From the NCBI GenBank assembly GCA_016929595.1, contig JAFGIN010000044.1, positions 14,269-78,268 on the forward strand: a stretch of DNA of 64,000 nucleotides, read 5' to 3'. Within the stretch, counting starts at the first letter, position 1. Every line of letters begins with the position of its first letter. The stretch comes from Chitinispirillaceae bacterium (GTDB lineage: Bacteria; Fibrobacterota; Chitinivibrionia; Chitinivibrionales; Chitinispirillaceae). A program made the translations under genes and the position numbers. Positions 61,617-64,000 of the stretch are shown one piece after another. The notes under the pieces were generated by a model. That model made no database searches and was not told the DNA's origin. It was given only the letters and a program-made list of their open reading frames with translations.

Positions 61617-61660
61617 CTGCAACAAGACAAAAATCTTTGGTTTTTATAGGGTTATGATAA
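61617..61660. promoter_or_regulatory. Copy B of the same ~45 bp motif, about 208 nt upstream of the methyltransferase gene 60503-61408.
   Basis: ctgcaacaagacaaaaatctttggtttttatagggttatga, compared with copy A. Confidence 0.6.
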
Positions 61661-62131
61661 AATGAGGTACTTGTTTCAATAAGGACAGGTACTGTTACAG
61701 TGTACATTTCTCTTCCAGCTTTTTCCCTCTGATTAATTTTTACATTTGCGAATAAATAGTACTGTCGTTTCTGCTACAGGAGAATAATTAATAGATGTTG
61801 CATAGATATCAGTAGTTTTCTGATACATCATCCGTTCATTAGATGGATGTCTCTGAACCAGTTCGCAATACGTAGATGTTTTACCAAACCGGCTACTGCA
61901 AGCCTACTCGTAGTTTTTAACGAAGGTGTACCCCTAATGAAGTAGTGAAAACCACGGAAGAAAAAGCATGAAAAATTCCACTCACCCTCCAAAATTTCAA
62001 CAAACGTGCGAAAAGCCCTTAACATAACACTGACACTCAGCAGTATATAATTACCCACTACCAATGAATTATTTTTACCTTTTCCCCAGCCGCCTGAATT
62101 TAAGCAGGATAAGGACAAGATTAAGGATATA

Positions 62132-63766
62132 ATGGCACACCAGACTGAAGAAATTACAACCCGCATTAAAAACAACCCATCCCGGAAGCGCCCCATTTCG
62201 CATTCATTACTTGTTGCATCAGGTATATTTCTAAGTCGTATCGTGGGTTTTGCCCGCCAGAGGATATTTGGGTACTATTTTGGAATCTCTGATGCCGCAG
62301 ATATTTTCAATACCGCTTTTCGTATTCCTAATTTTTTGCAGAATCTTTTTGGCGAGGGAGCACTCTCAGCATCATTCATTCCCGTTTATTCAAAACTTCG
62401 CGCTCAAGGGGAAGGGAAAGAAGCTGAAAATGTTGCACATTCGGTTTTTTCAATTTTATCGCTGGTCATATCATTATTTGTTCTGATTGGTATTGTTGCA
62501 GCCCCTGCACTTGTGTCTGTTATTGCCCCCGGTTTTGATGGCGAGAAGAGAATTCAGACAATTCTTCTTGTCCGGATTCTTTTTCCTGGAGCTGGAGTAC
62601 TGGTTCTTTCGGCATGGTGTCTTGGTATACTCAACAGCCACCGGCGATTTTTTCTTTCGTATGCAGCTCCAGTTGTATGGAACATCTCTATTATTGCATC
62701 TCTGGTCATCTGGGGCAGAGTGTCATCTCAGGACAGGCTTGTTGAGATTGCCGCATGGGGATCGGTTGCAGGATCGGTTTTTCAGTTTGTAATCCAGTTG
62801 CCGCTTGTTATGAAGCTGCTTGGCTCAATACACTTTACTACCGTATGGAAAGGAGAAAACATCCGCAAGGTTGTGTTGAATTTCTTTCCTGCATTTGTAA
62901 GCCGAGGCGTCATCCAGATATCAGCATTTGCCGATTCTGCAATAGCAAGTATTATCGGATCGGGAGCAGTTGCCATTGTCTCAACAGCTCAGATGCTTTA
63001 CACATTACCGATAAGTCTTTTCGGCATGTCGGTTTCTGCATCCGAACTGCCTGAAATGTCTTCGGCAACAGGCACCAGAGATGAGATCGCAAAGAAATTA
63101 CAGCTGAGAATAAATTCCGGTCTCAGGAAAATCTCCTTTTTTGTAGTACCATCTGCAGTAGCTTTTTTTGCATTAGGTGACGTCGTCGCTGCAGCATTGT
63201 TTCAAACAGGAAAGTTTGATATACAGGGGGTTCGCTATGTATGGGCGACACTTTGTGGTGCATCGTTCGGACTACTTGCATCAACATTTGCCCGTCTCTA
63301 TTCATCAGCATTTTATGCACTACATGATACAAAAACGCCATTCAAGTTTGCCTGTATTCGCGTGGTTTCAGGTGTATCATTGAGTTTTTTTCTTGCAACA
63401 CAAATACCACGCCATCTTGGAATCGATCCGCAATGGGGCACGGCATTCATGACACTTTCATCAGGTATCGCAGGGTGGTGCGAATACGCTCTGCTTAGAA
63501 AAACCCTTAACAGAATCATTGGTAACTCAGGGCCAGGATTTTTATCTGTCATAGCTTTATACGGAGCAGCACTTACAGCAGCTCTCGCTGGCTGGGGAGG
63601 AAAAATTATAATCGGATACTTCGGGCCGATTCACCCCATGATCTCAGGTGCAGTAATTCTTGGTATTTACACCACTGTATATTTTCTTACAAGCTCTCTT
63701 CTTGGCATCAGTGAAGCGCAGAAAATTGTGAAAAGGGTTTTTCCGTTTTTTAAAAACCGGCAGTAG
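62132..63766 (+). CDS. murJ: MurJ/MviN family lipid II flippase (MOP superfamily).
   Basis: The N-terminal SRIVGFARQRIFGYYFGISDAADIFNTAFRIPNFLQNLFGEGALSASFIPVYSKL closely parallels the MurJ N-terminus. There are 14 predicted TM segments. Confidence 0.8.
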   Translation: MAHQTEEITTRIKNNPSRKRPISHSLLVASGIFLSRIVGFARQRIFGYYFGISDAADIFNTAFRIPNFLQNLFGEGALSASFIPVYSKLRAQGEGKEAENVAHSVFSILSLVISLFVLIGIVAAPALVSVIAPGFDGEKRIQTILLVRILFPGAGVLVLSAWCLGILNSHRRFFLSYAAPVVWNISIIASLVIWGRVSSQDRLVEIAAWGSVAGSVFQFVIQLPLVMKLLGSIHFTTVWKGENIRKVVLNFFPAFVSRGVIQISAFADSAIASIIGSGAVAIVSTAQMLYTLPISLFGMSVSASELPEMSSATGTRDEIAKKLQLRINSGLRKISFFVVPSAVAFFALGDVVAAALFQTGKFDIQGVRYVWATLCGASFGLLASTFARLYSSAFYALHDTKTPFKFACIRVVSGVSLSFFLATQIPRHLGIDPQWGTAFMTLSSGIAGWCEYALLRKTLNRIIGNSGPGFLSVIALYGAALTAALAGWGGKIIIGYFGPIHPMISGAVILGIYTTVYFLTSSLLGISEAQKIVKRVFPFFKNRQ

Positions 63767-63892
63767 GAGTGAATAATTATTCGCCCCTGCTGGAATGAAA
63801 TACCGACCAATTTCCCACATGCAAAAATTGATAAATTTGTTATTATGCCCAATCATTGTCATATCATATACCATACACGCAGAATTGATTAT

Positions 63893-64000
63893 ATCCCCCG
63901 TAGGGGCACGTTGCAACGTGCCCCTACGTTGGATCAACGTGCCCCTACGTTGGATCAACGTGCCCCTACGTTGGATCAACGTGCCCCTACGTTGGATCAA
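63893..64000. repeat. Perfect tandem direct-repeat array of a 21 bp unit (cgtgcccctacgttggatcaa, at least 4 copies). It is preceded by an inverted copy of the 12-mer core, which forms a perfect palindrome (cgtaggggcacg ttgcaa cgtgcccctacg). The array runs off the window end.
   Basis: Direct reading of 63893-64000. The units are identical, with no unique spacers. Confidence 0.9.

Noticed and set aside
63893-64000. Possible CRISPR array.
   Set aside because: The repeats are 12 bp with identical 9 bp spacers, so this is a perfect 21 bp tandem repeat. There are no unique spacers and no cas genes in the window.
1-64000. Mobile elements, prophage genes or defence systems (restriction-modification, toxin-antitoxin, Cas).
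   Set aside because: No transposase, integrase, recombinase, nuclease/helicase defence signatures or terminal inverted repeats were seen. The many short ORFs embedded in the large genes are antisense or off-frame artefacts.

Overview
Roughly 40% GC chromosomal segment from a Gram-negative (diderm) bacterium. It carries lpxH, exbB/exbD/tonB, wza/wzc, murJ and a LolA-like/FtsX ABC module. Shine-Dalgarno sites are strong (for example AAGGAG 6 nt before the ATG at 10783), and one ORF resembles a Fibrobacter-type paralogous family. Together these point to a non-Bacteroidetes member of the FCB group or a neighbouring phylum, but that is inference only. No transposase, integrase, CRISPR array, rRNA or tRNA was recognised. 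From start to end the window holds: an ABC-F ATPase; a YidD-domain fusion protein; a diadenylate cyclase carrying an N-terminal PTS EIIA(Ntr)-like domain, next to a YitT-family membrane protein; HIT and LpxH genes; then a ~22.5 kb co-directional, tightly packed supercluster (10783-33319) running MerR-like regulator, two secreted beta-rich proteins, two giant TPR proteins, ExbB-ExbD-STAS-ExbD-TonB, and Wza-Wzc with five glycosyltransferases, several of them fused to methyltransferase or deacetylase-like domains; a LolA-like/FtsX/ABC export module; a cohesin-like protein with a PEP-CTERM-like tail beside a dockerin-bearing metallophosphoesterase; a P1B Cu-type ATPase translationally coupled to a three-gene SPFH (HflK/C-like) module in which one gene is frameshifted; a second glycan locus (GT-C, three methyltransferases, GT1, AsnB-type amidotransferase, TPR-GT2 fusion, MurJ flippase) with a shared ~45 bp upstream motif; and a perfect 21 bp tandem repeat array truncated by the window end. 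The best candidates for something undescribed are the EIIA(Ntr)-DAC fusion and the possible motor-coupled polysaccharide export supercluster (Exb/TonB motor, STAS switch, TPR scaffolds, Wza/Wzc).
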